Shown: positions 1-10,189, counted from the stretch's first letter. The stretch: DNA of 64,000 nucleotides from an archaeon GW2011_AR15 (GCA_000830295.1 CP010425.1:320001-384000); one strand, 5' to 3'. Notes: generated by a model from the sequence alone, not told the origin. Translations and numbers: made by a program.

Positions 1-1
1 A

Positions 2-328
2 CAGGGCGGAGTGCTTGTCATAGAACCATGGATAACAAAAGAAACATACAGCGGAGACCTGCCTTTCATGAGGACATATGATTCTGACAATCTAAAGATA
101 GCGAGGCTCAATGTCTCAAAGAAAAAAGGAGACATGTTCATACTTGAAGTGCACTACCTTGTCGCAGAGAGGGGCAAAGGCGTCAGCTATTTCAGGGAAA
201 CCAGCAGACTGAAATTCTCCGAAACCGGGAAGATGCTGAAATACATGAAAAAATATGGTATTAAGGCAAAATTCCTGAAGAACGGGCTTATGAAAGGCAG
301 GGGTTTGTTTGTCGGTGTGAAATTGTAA
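2..328 (+). CDS. class I SAM-dependent methyltransferase, C-terminal part (5' end outside window)
   Basis: Frame is open to the window edge; begins QGGVLVIEPW, the typical (L-x-P)GG-x-L-x-I-E post-motif-III segment of class I MTases. Confidence 0.65.
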   Translation, partial: QGGVLVIEPWITKETYSGDLPFMRTYDSDNLKIARLNVSKKKGDMFILEVHYLVAERGKGVSYFRETSRLKFSETGKMLKYMKKYGIKAKFLKNGLMKGRGLFVGVKL

Positions 329-372
329 TCCATGCGATATCTTTATAAAGCAAACGTTTTTTCCAAGACACT

Positions 373-573
373 ATGATTATACCCGTAAGATGCTTCAGCT
401 GCGGCAAGCCAATTGGCCACCTGTGGGAAGATTTTGTTTCTAAGACCAACAACAGGACACAGAAAGTAAAGGAAACACTGGATGACCTTGGCGTGGAAAG
501 ATATTGCTGCAGGGCAATGTTCATGGGCCAGGTAGACCTTATGGACACAGTTTCTGCTTTCAAGAAATTCTAG
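373..573 (+). CDS. rpoN: DNA-directed RNA polymerase subunit N (Rpo10)
   Basis: MIIPVRCFSCGK...LGVERYCCRAM zinc-binding signature; TATA (tttataaa) ~25 nt upstream. Confidence 0.97.
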   Translation: MIIPVRCFSCGKPIGHLWEDFVSKTNNRTQKVKETLDDLGVERYCCRAMFMGQVDLMDTVSAFKKF

Positions 574-1169
574 TTTTCTGCAATAACTGTAAAATACTTC
601 AGGGTCCACATCGGATAGTGCTTCTTATACCCTATTATTCTGAATCTCTTCTGCTTCAGGAATCCTATAAATTCATCGCGGCCGAACATAGTATCATACG
701 GCCTGTCAAACAGCATTTTCATAATCCTCCCTATTGGTGTCCTGAATGTTTCTCTTGATAATTCCTCAGCCACTAAATAGCCTCCGGGCTTCAGGACCCT
801 CCCCAGCTCTTTTATGCATTTTTTCCATTCTGTGATATGGTTTATCACCCCAAAGCTGAATACGACATCAAAAGAATTAGCAGGATATTTCAGCCTTGTT
901 GCATCCCCTTTTTCAAAGACTATTGCCGGGTTCTTTATTTTTTTCCTGGCAATGGCTATCATTTTCTCATCCAGGTCAACAGCATATAATTTTTTGAGGG
1001 AGAAATATTCCAGCAGCGCTTTTGACTCAGAGCCGTTGCTGCATCCTATGTCCAGCGCAACTGCATCCTTTGGCAGGCTGAGCCTGAACTGCCTGGCCTT
1101 TGTTTTTCCCTGCAGAAAATCTGCAAAGGGATTGCTTACAACCGCAAACTCAAGCTTATTTAGCTTCAT
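570..1169 (-). CDS. class I SAM-dependent methyltransferase (UbiE/Methyltransf_11-like)
   Basis: Motif I ALDIGCSNG, VDLD, GDATRL, FDVV, RVLKPGG; start moved to MKLNK, just after the upstream stop. Confidence 0.85.
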   Translation of the reverse strand: MKLNKLEFAVVSNPFADFLQGKTKARQFRLSLPKDAVALDIGCSNGSESKALLEYFSLKKLYAVDLDEKMIAIARKKIKNPAIVFEKGDATRLKYPANSFDVVFSFGVINHITEWKKCIKELGRVLKPGGYLVAEELSRETFRTPIGRIMKMLFDRPYDTMFGRDEFIGFLKQKRFRIIGYKKHYPMWTLKYFTVIAEN

Positions 1170-1170
1170 T

Positions 1171-2163
1171 TTACCTGAAAATAGCATACCTGCTGTTTTT
1201 CATAATAATCTTTTTTCCCAGTCTTGCTTCTGCGACAGAGATTGTAGGCTGCATGTCTTCTGTATACACATAATCCTGGTGCCATACATTCTCCCTGTGC
1301 TTAAAGCTCTTTACCCCGTAGCTCCCACCGAAATGGTCATTCCTCCCGAGCGCTATGTGCATGCCAAGCTTCTCATCAAGCAGCACTTTCCCTGAGCTCT
1401 TTAGGCCATACTGCCCAAGGACACCGAAAGCCAGCTCTGCTATATTGCCCACTGCAGGGTCTTCCCTTATTTTCTTCATTAGTTTGGTTTCCCTGTCTGC
1501 ATCAGTTATTTTGTTTCCACTGACTTTGTAGACCGTAACCTTGCCTTTTTTTTCCTGTATTGGAAGAAACCCTTCTGTCCTGCTTCCCCCTGTATCGACA
1601 GGAGTGATGAATGCCTCTCCGCTCGGCAGGTTTATTATCTTGCCTCTTGCCTTGCAGAGCCCGTCATCCTTTAGCGGCTTTCTTTCCTTCAAATCAACAA
1701 ATAACCGGTGTTTTTTTCTTCCTACCCTGAAAATAATTTCCGCAGAATTCTCTTTAAGCATGATGTCATAAATCTTAGAGACCTTTTTTGCAACATCCTT
1801 ATAGTCCACTTCCATTGCAGGCAACATTTTTTCATTGAAGCCGGGCATGCTTGCTCCCCTGAACCCGTATTTCCTGGCGGCCCTTGACAATGGGGCAGTT
1901 GCTGAGTATCTTGTCAGGGCAATAACTATGTCTGCTTTTGAGACTTCAGAGATTGCCTGCACAGGGATGTCTGCATTGTTGGAGCCTGTGGCAGGATAGC
2001 TTATCAGTTTTGCCCTGTATCTTTTTAGCTCGGCATGCCATTTTTTTGCCAGCTTTTTCCTGAATTTCCAGTCTGCATCCTCTTCTTTGGAAGTATCAAA
2101 AAGAATGGCTATTTTTTCGCCTTTCTTGTAGCCGAAAACATCCCTCATCAGGCCGGTTATCAT
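1171..2163 (-). CDS. M29-family (aminopeptidase T-like) metallopeptidase
   Basis: NLPSGEAF, AELAFG, LDEK, HIALG and HQD metal-ligand motifs. Confidence 0.75.
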   Translation of the reverse strand: MITGLMRDVFGYKKGEKIAILFDTSKEEDADWKFRKKLAKKWHAELKRYRAKLISYPATGSNNADIPVQAISEVSKADIVIALTRYSATAPLSRAARKYGFRGASMPGFNEKMLPAMEVDYKDVAKKVSKIYDIMLKENSAEIIFRVGRKKHRLFVDLKERKPLKDDGLCKARGKIINLPSGEAFITPVDTGGSRTEGFLPIQEKKGKVTVYKVSGNKITDADRETKLMKKIREDPAVGNIAELAFGVLGQYGLKSSGKVLLDEKLGMHIALGRNDHFGGSYGVKSFKHRENVWHQDYVYTEDMQPTISVAEARLGKKIIMKNSRYAIFR

Positions 2164-2241
2164 AGGCCTGCTAATCCTGGCCTGCTTAAATAGTTAACTG
2201 GGCCATATACCTTTTTATATACAATTTTTCTACTGCCTTAA

Positions 2242-2727
2242 ATGACATCAATAGGTCTTGATTCGCGGCTTGAGAACTATCTGGAAAGATATGACTTAAT
2301 CAATGATCCGCTCTATGCACTAAGAATCAGTTTGCTATATGACAAGGGAGTAGAAATGAATTCTGAGGTAAATCACAAAATGGCTGTAGCCACAAGTAGC
2401 CTGGTCAAAACAATAATCCACTCCTCTGGATTAGTAATGGCAGGAGTGCCTAGGGAGGATGTCATGAATATACTTGGTGATATTATAGACAATAATCGCC
2501 TTCCCCCTGTTTTTTTTCATATAGCAAACTCAGTTACCAGAACTTATGAGGATTGCATTAAAACTGAGCCTGACCTGCAGAAAAGGCAGCATAAAATGGC
2601 CATGCTCCATGCAGCATATCTGATTGGAAGCAACCTTGACCCTGAGGCATATTTAAGAAAAATGGAAGAGACGTTCAGGTATGTAGATTATGTCAGCAGG
2701 ATAATAGATTCCGCTAAACTGAATTAA
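2242..2727 (+). CDS. hypothetical protein
   Basis: 161-aa ORF filling the gap between genes, TATA-like tttttatata upstream; no motif recognised. Confidence 0.6.
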   Translation: MTSIGLDSRLENYLERYDLINDPLYALRISLLYDKGVEMNSEVNHKMAVATSSLVKTIIHSSGLVMAGVPREDVMNILGDIIDNNRLPPVFFHIANSVTRTYEDCIKTEPDLQKRQHKMAMLHAAYLIGSNLDPEAYLRKMEETFRYVDYVSRIIDSAKLN

Positions 2728-2774
2728 CTGGCCAATCCACAATCTTTTTATATAGATAGACCATTCTTTAAACC

Positions 2775-3587
2775 ATGTGCGCACGCATACTTTTTCTGGG
2801 AACAGCAGGGGATGCTATGGTTGCGGGAAAGCAGCACAGGGCATCCGGCGGAGTAATCCTGGATTTTGACGGAACGCAGTTCCATGTTGACCCCGGCCCT
2901 GCTTCATTGCTCATGGCCAAGGCAGCCAGCGTCAATCTCAGGGAAAATACAGCAGTGTTTATTACAGGTAATGACATGCTGAGGGCCAATGACGTGAATG
3001 CCGTCATAAGTGCAATGACCCATGAGGGCCTGGACAAAATCGGCGTTCTTGTCTGCCCATCTTCTGTTGCAGAAGAAAAAGAGAACAGCCAGCCTTTCCT
3101 TAACAGGGAGCATAAGAATTTCCTTGAAAGGATGATTATTATCGACAATACAGAGAAAATCGGAATCAATGATATTGACATAGAGATCATAAAGCTGAAA
3201 GAGCCTGTCGGAAAGACCTGCGGATACAGGTTCATAACCCAGAAATTCAGCATAGCCTACCTTCCCCAGACACCTTATTCCAGCCTGATAGTCGATGCCC
3301 TGAAAGATACAGACATAATCATAATAGGACTGAAAACGCCTGGGGAATCAAAAGAGAATGAGCCGATGTCCACAAAAGATGCTGAGAAGCTGATCAATAT
3401 TGTGAAGCCCCAGCTCGCTGTGGTCACATCATTCGGCGTCAAGATGCTCCAGGCAGACCCGCTGTATGAGGCAAGGGAAATACAAAGAAATACAGGCATC
3501 CAGGTTATTGCAGCAAAAGACGGCATGACCATAAACCCAATGTCATTCACAACAACAGTCAGGCAGAAGAGCCTGAAGGGATTCTAG
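2775..3587 (+). CDS. metallo-beta-lactamase-fold protein with degenerate metal site
   Basis: FLGTAG, RASGG and VDPGP match the archaeal MBL-fold hydrolase family, but HxHxDH is replaced by GNDMLRAND. Confidence 0.75.
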   Translation: MCARILFLGTAGDAMVAGKQHRASGGVILDFDGTQFHVDPGPASLLMAKAASVNLRENTAVFITGNDMLRANDVNAVISAMTHEGLDKIGVLVCPSSVAEEKENSQPFLNREHKNFLERMIIIDNTEKIGINDIDIEIIKLKEPVGKTCGYRFITQKFSIAYLPQTPYSSLIVDALKDTDIIIIGLKTPGESKENEPMSTKDAEKLINIVKPQLAVVTSFGVKMLQADPLYEAREIQRNTGIQVIAAKDGMTINPMSFTTTVRQKSLKGF

Positions 3588-3626
3588 CAATTGCTTTAAG
3601 AATAAGCTAATTTTCTCTGCCTCTTT

Positions 3627-4250
3627 ATGGGTGGGGAAGATATTGCAGGCGTGCTGAAGTTTTATTATCATTCCCCGCGCTCAGAACTGCCTATTCCTGA
3701 TTTTGCGGGAGATAGGAACGACAAAGGGTCAAAAAAAACAGAGCCGCATTTTCTTCCTGATAATATGGTAGCTGAGAATTTTCTCAAGACATGCTACCCC
3801 AGGAACATAAAAGCAGTAATTGACATGGATCTGCCATATCTCTTCTGGGTGACAAGGAAACAGGAGGAAAACTCAAAAATCAAGAATTCACAGGTTGTGA
3901 TAGGCTATCTGGAAGTCGCCTCCCACGAGATGAGAGAGGATACTGTCTCCGGAACTGAACTTACCGGAAAACCGCATCACACCATATACGGAAAAGGACA
4001 CCTCTATGCTTTTGACAACGCAATAGAAACAAGGGAAATATTCGGGAAGGTGTTGACAAGGGTTGATTTCACTCACAGGTTCCATGTGAGCCATGCGCAG
4101 GCAGAGAGGATGCTGGACCATTTCTCAGAGCTTGATGATATTGTGCATCAATGCGCAGATGAAATAGCTAGATTAGATGTGAAAGGCTACACATGTTTCC
4201 CTGAGATATGCCCTGTAAAGCAGGGCTGCGCACTCTATCATAATCTTTAA
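3627..4250 (+). CDS. hypothetical protein
   Basis: 207-aa ORF, C-terminal Cys cluster (C...CFPEICPVKQGC). Confidence 0.65.
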   Translation: MGGEDIAGVLKFYYHSPRSELPIPDFAGDRNDKGSKKTEPHFLPDNMVAENFLKTCYPRNIKAVIDMDLPYLFWVTRKQEENSKIKNSQVVIGYLEVASHEMREDTVSGTELTGKPHHTIYGKGHLYAFDNAIETREIFGKVLTRVDFTHRFHVSHAQAERMLDHFSELDDIVHQCADEIARLDVKGYTCFPEICPVKQGCALYHNL

Positions 4251-4304
4251 TCTAGTATTTTCACAACAGTAATTTTTTTAAATCAGTGTGAATTACAAAA
4301 AAGA

Positions 4305-4640
4305 ATGCTTTTTGCAACCCTGGGGAAACTTGACCTTATAACCGTACTCATACTCTTAGGGGCTGCTATACTCCCGTCAAAGCTGCTGATGTATGCTGCT
4401 CTCTATCTTATTGTGAAGGGCGGGCTGTTCGTACTGATGAACAGGGACCTTGCAAGCTATGGCGACCTTTTCTCGGGAATCTACATTCTTGTCCTTTCAT
4501 TCGGCATAAAAATACCCTATCTTCACCAGATCGTCTTCTTCTGGCTGCTCCAGAAAACCATTCTGACATTCATAGGAATCGGCCTGAAGCTGTTCCTGTT
4601 CTATCAGGAAAGCAAAGACGGGCTTCCTTTTTCAAGATAG
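4305..4640 (+). CDS. small multi-pass membrane protein
   Basis: 111 aa, 3-4 hydrophobic segments. Confidence 0.65.
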   Translation: MLFATLGKLDLITVLILLGAAILPSKLLMYAALYLIVKGGLFVLMNRDLASYGDLFSGIYILVLSFGIKIPYLHQIVFFWLLQKTILTFIGIGLKLFLFYQESKDGLPFSR

Positions 4641-4676
4641 ATAAATTATTTATAGGACCGGTCCTTTAAAATTTTA

Positions 4677-5627
4677 ATGGAAGTTCTTGCTCTTGATATA
4701 GGAGGCACAAATGCCAGGATAGGGCTGCTGGAAGCCAAAGGCAAAAAAATATCATTAAAGGAGAAAAGGATATTCTCCACAAAGAATGTCTATAATATCC
4801 CTAAACTGATAAACGGATTCGGGAAGAATGCAGAAAGAGCATGCTTTGCAGTTGCCGGCCCTATAGCAGGAAAAAAGGCAAAGCTGACAAATGCAGACCT
4901 GACTATTGACATATCAAAAGTAAAAAAAGAAACAAGGCTGAAGCATGTCGCTCTTGTAAATGATTTCCATGCAAATGCTGCTGCACTGCCCTTCCTGAGA
5001 AAATCAGACATTTTTGCACTGAACAAGGGCTCTGCAAAAGACGGGATAAAGATGGTAATTGGGGCAGGGACCGGGCTGGGCAAGTCATATGTTATTGACG
5101 GGAAAATATTCCCAAGCGAAGGAGGCCACACCATTGTCGGAGTAGAGGATATTGATGAATACGCCCTTGTTGACTATATCAAGAAGAAGATAAAAGGCAC
5201 TGTCTGCTATGAAGATGTTCTATCTGGCCGGGGCATATCAGCGATATATGAGTATCTTGAGATAAAATCCAACCTTACAATGAACGGCAGGATGCACAGG
5301 CTGATACAGGAAGCAAAGTACAAGCCGGAGATAATAACAGAGAACTACAAAAAGGACAAACTGTCGGGCCTGGCAGTCCGGCTGTTTGTGAAATTCTATG
5401 CCAGGTTTGCCAGGGACTCCGCCCTTAATACGCTTTGCTCTGAGATATACCTTGCCGGCGGAATAGCAAAAGCCATAAAGGACCCTATGAAGGAGGGATT
5501 CATGAAAGAGTTCCTGAATCACAGGCATTACAGCAGCCTATTGAAGAAAATGAAAGTGGCCCTAGTCATGAACCCTGATATCGGGCTCATCGGCGCAGGA
5601 GCAATAGCTGCCGGCTTACAGAAGTAA
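4677..5627 (+). CDS. glk: ATP-dependent glucokinase (bacterial Glk family)
   Basis: LDIGGTNARIG, AVAGPI, LVNDF, GAGTGLG, SEGGH, EDVLSGRG, YLAGGI. Confidence 0.85.
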   Translation: MEVLALDIGGTNARIGLLEAKGKKISLKEKRIFSTKNVYNIPKLINGFGKNAERACFAVAGPIAGKKAKLTNADLTIDISKVKKETRLKHVALVNDFHANAAALPFLRKSDIFALNKGSAKDGIKMVIGAGTGLGKSYVIDGKIFPSEGGHTIVGVEDIDEYALVDYIKKKIKGTVCYEDVLSGRGISAIYEYLEIKSNLTMNGRMHRLIQEAKYKPEIITENYKKDKLSGLAVRLFVKFYARFARDSALNTLCSEIYLAGGIAKAIKDPMKEGFMKEFLNHRHYSSLLKKMKVALVMNPDIGLIGAGAIAAGLQK

Positions 5628-6530
5628 TACTATGCCGTAGCCTATAAAACAGCCTATGCTTATGAAGGGCATTGCAGGATAGAATTTCCCCTTCTCGCTT
5701 TTTATGAACAGCAAAAACAGCGCTGCGCCTGCAAACAGTGATATGGGCAGGGTCCTGAAGAATGCCATCTCTTTTGAGATTCCTGCCTCAATAAGGAAAG
5801 TCATGACGCTTCCTGCAAATATCATGGGGAATGCGACGTCTCCCCCGCCAAGTATAGCTGAAGTTGTCTTTCCTCCCTTGATGTTTTTTGAAATTTTTAT
5901 CTTAACTTCTGCTTTCTTTGTCTTTGTTTCGCTCTTATACGGGATCATAAGCCCTGCAAACATCTCATTATCCGACTGGGCCTCTGCCAAAGTTATCATA
6001 TGCTTGCTTTTCCATACTGCTATCATATCATAGATGGATATCGCAATCAGGAGCATTGCCGCCCAGAACAGGTTGAACATAGGGGAGATTATTATCGCTA
6101 TTCCCGGATATATAAGAACCTCTGTCATGTTGTGTATGACTGCGTTCGGTTTGTAAATCTTGATATATGCAAGGACAAATGAAATTATTGCAGACAGCAT
6201 GTCATCAAGGAATACTGAAAATGAGATTGACAGGGCCCCCCATATTGCAAGGAAAAACCACAGCTTCCACAGCCTGAAAAGCCTGAGCTTTATTATAACA
6301 AGAAGTATCGCAGTTCCTACAAGCACCATGGCCAGGATATAACTAAAAGATGACTGGCCTTCCAGTTCCGGCCTGCCTGTAATGGGTTGGCTGTACACCA
6401 CCTCTATGTCCCCTTCCGGAGTCTGCTCAACTGTCTCTATGCTCTGGTTCAGAAGATAGAGTCCGACTATCTGTGTCGTGAAAAAAAGAACCATGAGATA
6501 TGCGATTATCCTAAGATTGTGCTTCATCAT
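5616..6530 (-). CDS. presenilin/SPP-family intramembrane aspartyl protease (PSH)
   Basis: Multi-TM protein with YD (IYDMIAVW), GxGD (LGGGD) and PAL-type (PAMPF) motifs. Confidence 0.9.
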   Translation of the reverse strand: MMKHNLRIIAYLMVLFFTTQIVGLYLLNQSIETVEQTPEGDIEVVYSQPITGRPELEGQSSFSYILAMVLVGTAILLVIIKLRLFRLWKLWFFLAIWGALSISFSVFLDDMLSAIISFVLAYIKIYKPNAVIHNMTEVLIYPGIAIIISPMFNLFWAAMLLIAISIYDMIAVWKSKHMITLAEAQSDNEMFAGLMIPYKSETKTKKAEVKIKISKNIKGGKTTSAILGGGDVAFPMIFAGSVMTFLIEAGISKEMAFFRTLPISLFAGAALFLLFIKSEKGKFYPAMPFISIGCFIGYGIVLLL

Positions 6531-6606
6531 CCCTTAACTGTGGCCCATTATTAAAAACTCTTTGTTTTCATAATATTTTAATAGTCCAGACAAAATAACA
6601 GGGTAT

Positions 6607-7863
6607 ATGAGGGTACTTCATGTGGTTGACGGCACCTTCCTTCCAAAGATGGATGGCGTTGTCGTATCTCTGCTCAACAATGCAAATTATATGGCGGGCA
6701 AAGGCCATGCCGTTGCCATCGCCGCCCCCGAATACAAAGGGTATAGGGATAAGAAGCAGAAAAACATAACAGTGCATAGGTTCAGTGCCTTCTCTTTCCC
6801 TTCATACCCTGAAATGAGAGTTCCCCATCTTAACCTGGCAGCCTTCAGGAAGCTGGTCCTTGACTTTAAGCCGGATATAATGCATACGCATGCCCCCGGA
6901 ACACTTGGAATACTCGCCCTTCTGCTTGGAAAACGCTACAATATCCCTGTCGTGACAACATACCACACTTCCTTCCCTGACGTGCTGATGTATCTCAGCC
7001 CGTCAAAACTGCTGAAACTTGATGAGTTTGCCGAAAGGCTGTCAGAAAAAGGCCAGACAGAGAGCCTCGAGAGCATCCAGCAGGCACTTCATGATATCCT
7101 GGCCAGACTGAAAAACAGTGATGCAGAAGAGAGACGGAGGGAATTTTCAAGAAGCGCTGTGCTTTCGCTGACAAATGTATTCTACAATAAGCACGAGGTG
7201 GTGATTTCCCCTTCAGAAGGCATCAGGAAAGATCTCAAGAGGCACCATCTTAAATCTAAAGTTGTTGTCATATCAAATGGCATAGAGATAGACAAGTTCA
7301 GGAAAAAGGGGAAATACAGAAAATTTCCTAAGTTCCTGCATGTCGGAAGGATTGCCTTTGAAAAAAAGATAGATATTATACTGGAGGCGCTGGCAATTGT
7401 CTGCAGAAGATATCCTAAGGCTCAGCTGACCATTGTAGGAAAGGGGCCTGCGCTAGGGCGTCTTAAAAGGCTCTCAAGGAAGCTCAGGCTCACCAGGAAT
7501 GTAAAGTTTGCCGGCTTTGTAAAGAGAGACATGCTTCCGCGAATATACAGGAGCCATGATGTCTTTGTGACTGCCTCTGAGATGGAAACTCAGGGTATTG
7601 TGCTGCTTGAGGCAATTGCTTCAGGCTTACCTGTTATAGGGGTAAATGTGCTGGCAATCCCCGATGTTGTCCACAATAAAAAAACCGGCTTTCTTGTGAA
7701 AAGGAGAGATTATAAAGGGATGGCAAAAGGCATGTTAAGGCTTATTGAGAATCCTGAACTGATTTCTAAATACGGAAAAAATGCCAGGGCTGAGGCAGAA
7801 AAGCATAATCTTGCCGAATCCTGCAGGAAGATGGAAAGGCTATACGAAGAAATTATACACTAG
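6607..7863 (+). CDS. glycosyltransferase family 4 (GT-B)
   Basis: P-x-x-DGV N-terminus, TYHT, VGRIAFEK, ETQGIVLLEAIASGLPV (EX7E). Confidence 0.9.
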   Translation: MRVLHVVDGTFLPKMDGVVVSLLNNANYMAGKGHAVAIAAPEYKGYRDKKQKNITVHRFSAFSFPSYPEMRVPHLNLAAFRKLVLDFKPDIMHTHAPGTLGILALLLGKRYNIPVVTTYHTSFPDVLMYLSPSKLLKLDEFAERLSEKGQTESLESIQQALHDILARLKNSDAEERRREFSRSAVLSLTNVFYNKHEVVISPSEGIRKDLKRHHLKSKVVVISNGIEIDKFRKKGKYRKFPKFLHVGRIAFEKKIDIILEALAIVCRRYPKAQLTIVGKGPALGRLKRLSRKLRLTRNVKFAGFVKRDMLPRIYRSHDVFVTASEMETQGIVLLEAIASGLPVIGVNVLAIPDVVHNKKTGFLVKRRDYKGMAKGMLRLIENPELISKYGKNARAEAEKHNLAESCRKMERLYEEIIH

Positions 7864-8695
7864 TTTTTTTTCTTTTGAAGAAACTCATCATGGCAAACAG
7901 TGCCCTCATTCCGTAGAATACCCCTTTTTTCAGCTTGTTGCGGTCTTCCCCGAACCCGAAATTCTCCACCGGCCTTGAATAGTCATATCTTCCGGCATTA
8001 TGCACGATAGGGATTTTTTCACCATCCTTGAAATAAAATACGCCCTTTTCAATGCGGAATTCCCTTGACGAAGTTGTTATGACAAAATTGTATTTTCTGT
8101 CAAGCTTTACAAAGCCGTCCCTGTAGAGTATGTAGTTTATGGCAAGCTGGTCCGGTCCGAACTTGTCCATGCCCTTTATCATTTTTATTGTCTCTTCTGA
8201 AAGGCTGGCAAATTTTTTTGCAGGACCCAGCACGACCCCCACGTTTACCATCTGCGTCCCTTCAAGCATCTTCTTTATTTTCTTCTCATCTTCCTCGAAG
8301 AAAGCGTCTTTCATGAAAAGGTCTTCAAAAACATGCTGGATATCCTCGCATGCCGCCCTCATCTGGTCCTTGTTCTCCTCAAAAAGAGGGCTTATGTCTG
8401 TCTGGAATATCAGGTCACCACCATCTGTTATCATCACCTGGTCATATTCCTTTTCTTTCAGGAAGCTTGCTGCATCCCTGAACCTTATATTGTTGACGAG
8501 GTTGTCTTTCACGCATTTGTAGACTATGACTCCTTTCTTTTTGAGTTCTTCAACCTGCTCTTCACTAAGCCCGTAGTCGAATATGGCGACATCTATATTG
8601 CTCAGATTGACATTTGCCTGGAGCGATTTCAGCCAGTGGTTGTAGACAAAATCCTCGAATCTCGCATCAGAAGTGGTTATTATAACATGCTTCAT
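7853..8695 (-). CDS. putative GT-A-fold glycosyltransferase
   Basis: IFDYGL, TDGGDLIFQ (DxD-like), NVGVVLG, DQLAIN, IVHNAG. Confidence 0.6.
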   Translation of the reverse strand: MKHVIITTSDARFEDFVYNHWLKSLQANVNLSNIDVAIFDYGLSEEQVEELKKKGVIVYKCVKDNLVNNIRFRDAASFLKEKEYDQVMITDGGDLIFQTDISPLFEENKDQMRAACEDIQHVFEDLFMKDAFFEEDEKKIKKMLEGTQMVNVGVVLGPAKKFASLSEETIKMIKGMDKFGPDQLAINYILYRDGFVKLDRKYNFVITTSSREFRIEKGVFYFKDGEKIPIVHNAGRYDYSRPVENFGFGEDRNKLKKGVFYGMRALFAMMSFFKRKKTSV

Positions 8696-8773
8696 TGGCC
8701 TATTGGTTCATATATTAGTATAAAAAACTTATGCTAAAAAAATTTATATAGACAGCCTGCAGATTATATTGGC

Positions 8774-9700
8774 ATGGATGAATTAAGGAAGGATTATTTT
8801 CTTGACAGGTATGTCCTTATCTCTCCCGTGAGGTCAAAAAGGCCCCATCTTGTAAGGCATGAGAAAAAGAAAAAAGATTCAAGGTGCAGCTTCTGCATAG
8901 GGAACGAGGGAAAAACGCCGCAGGAGCTCTACAGGTATCCTCACACCAAGGAATGGCAGCTGAGGGTTTTCTATAACAAGTATCCTGTTGTCACGCCAGG
9001 CAAGAATCCTGAAATGAAAAGAAAAGGCTCACTGGTATCTTCAGGCTCTTTCGGATATCATGAAGTTATAGTTGATACTCCCGGGCATGACGAAGAATTG
9101 TGGGATCTGCCTATAGAAAGGATTGCCGATGTCTTAAGGGTGTATAATGAAAGGATAGAAGCCAACATGAAAAAAAGAGGGATAAAATATGTATCGCTGT
9201 TCAAGAACCACGGCGGGCTTGCCGGAGCATCGCTGCACCACAGCCATTCCCAGCTTGTTGCCTACAGCCAGATCCCGGAGATTATAAAAGAAAAAGAGAA
9301 GGCTATTGCAAGTCGTGATAATCCGTATGGGCATCTCATTAAGGGTGAGATGGATTCCAGCAGGAGATGCTTTGAGAACATCCATTTTGCCGCTTTCTGC
9401 CCTTTTGCCTCAAGATTCCCCTATGAGATAGTCGTATTCCCGAAAAGGCATATCCTGAATGCAACTGAACTTACAGAGGATGAGATAATCTCGCTCGCAG
9501 AAATCATGAGAATCATTTTGCTGAAACTGAGGGTGGTTGGGGAAAACTACAATTTCTATTTCCAGAACGGCATAAAAAACATGAGGTTCCATATAGAAAT
9601 GATGCAGAGGAAAGGGACTCTTGCAGGATTTGAGCTGGCGACAGACTGCCTCATAAACACGGTCAGGCCGGAAGATGCTGCCAAGTTTTACAGGGAATAA
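8774..9700 (+). CDS. galT: galactose-1-phosphate uridylyltransferase (GalT/HIT family)
   Basis: ELRKD, RSKRP, CSFC, NKYP, HEVIV, GASLHHSHSQ (HxHxQ). Confidence 0.88.
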   Translation: MDELRKDYFLDRYVLISPVRSKRPHLVRHEKKKKDSRCSFCIGNEGKTPQELYRYPHTKEWQLRVFYNKYPVVTPGKNPEMKRKGSLVSSGSFGYHEVIVDTPGHDEELWDLPIERIADVLRVYNERIEANMKKRGIKYVSLFKNHGGLAGASLHHSHSQLVAYSQIPEIIKEKEKAIASRDNPYGHLIKGEMDSSRRCFENIHFAAFCPFASRFPYEIVVFPKRHILNATELTEDEIISLAEIMRIILLKLRVVGENYNFYFQNGIKNMRFHIEMMQRKGTLAGFELATDCLINTVRPEDAAKFYRE

Positions 9701-9730
9701 TTATTTTATTACCCTTTAATTCCACAGAAA

Positions 9731-10189
9731 ATGAAATACGCTCACAACATCGAGATGCGGGTTTTTTCTAAAGAGGGTGAGGATGACGAGGAAAAGATAA
9801 TTGGAAAAGTGCATGAACTCTTCCCTTTTGATTTTGAAAAAGAGAAGGTTGAATTTAAGTCAAAAATATCTTATGGTTTTGAGGACAACAAGATAAAAGT
9901 TATCACTGTTTTCGTGAAAAAAGAAAGGCACACAAAGAAAGTGCTGAAGAACCTCATGTCCCGGCTTAGTGAAGATCAGAAAGAGATGCTATTGCGGCAG
10001 ATGGATAGCAGGCTGGACAATGGACTGCATTTCTACATGAGGCTGGATAAAGAGAAACTGCTGAACGGAGAATACCGGATAACAGACTCGGGGAACTGCT
10101 TCTGGCTCAAGATATGCATTGCTGCTTACCCGCATAAAAGGGAAACTGCAGAGAAAATTGTGAGAGCGATGCTGAAGCACCAAAGTTAA
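9731..10189 (+). CDS. archaeal DUF54-like putative RNA-binding protein
   Basis: SRLD...FYMRLDKEKL and C-terminal I-x-AYP pattern. Confidence 0.7.
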   Translation: MKYAHNIEMRVFSKEGEDDEEKIIGKVHELFPFDFEKEKVEFKSKISYGFEDNKIKVITVFVKKERHTKKVLKNLMSRLSEDQKEMLLRQMDSRLDNGLHFYMRLDKEKLLNGEYRITDSGNCFWLKICIAAYPHKRETAEKIVRAMLKHQS

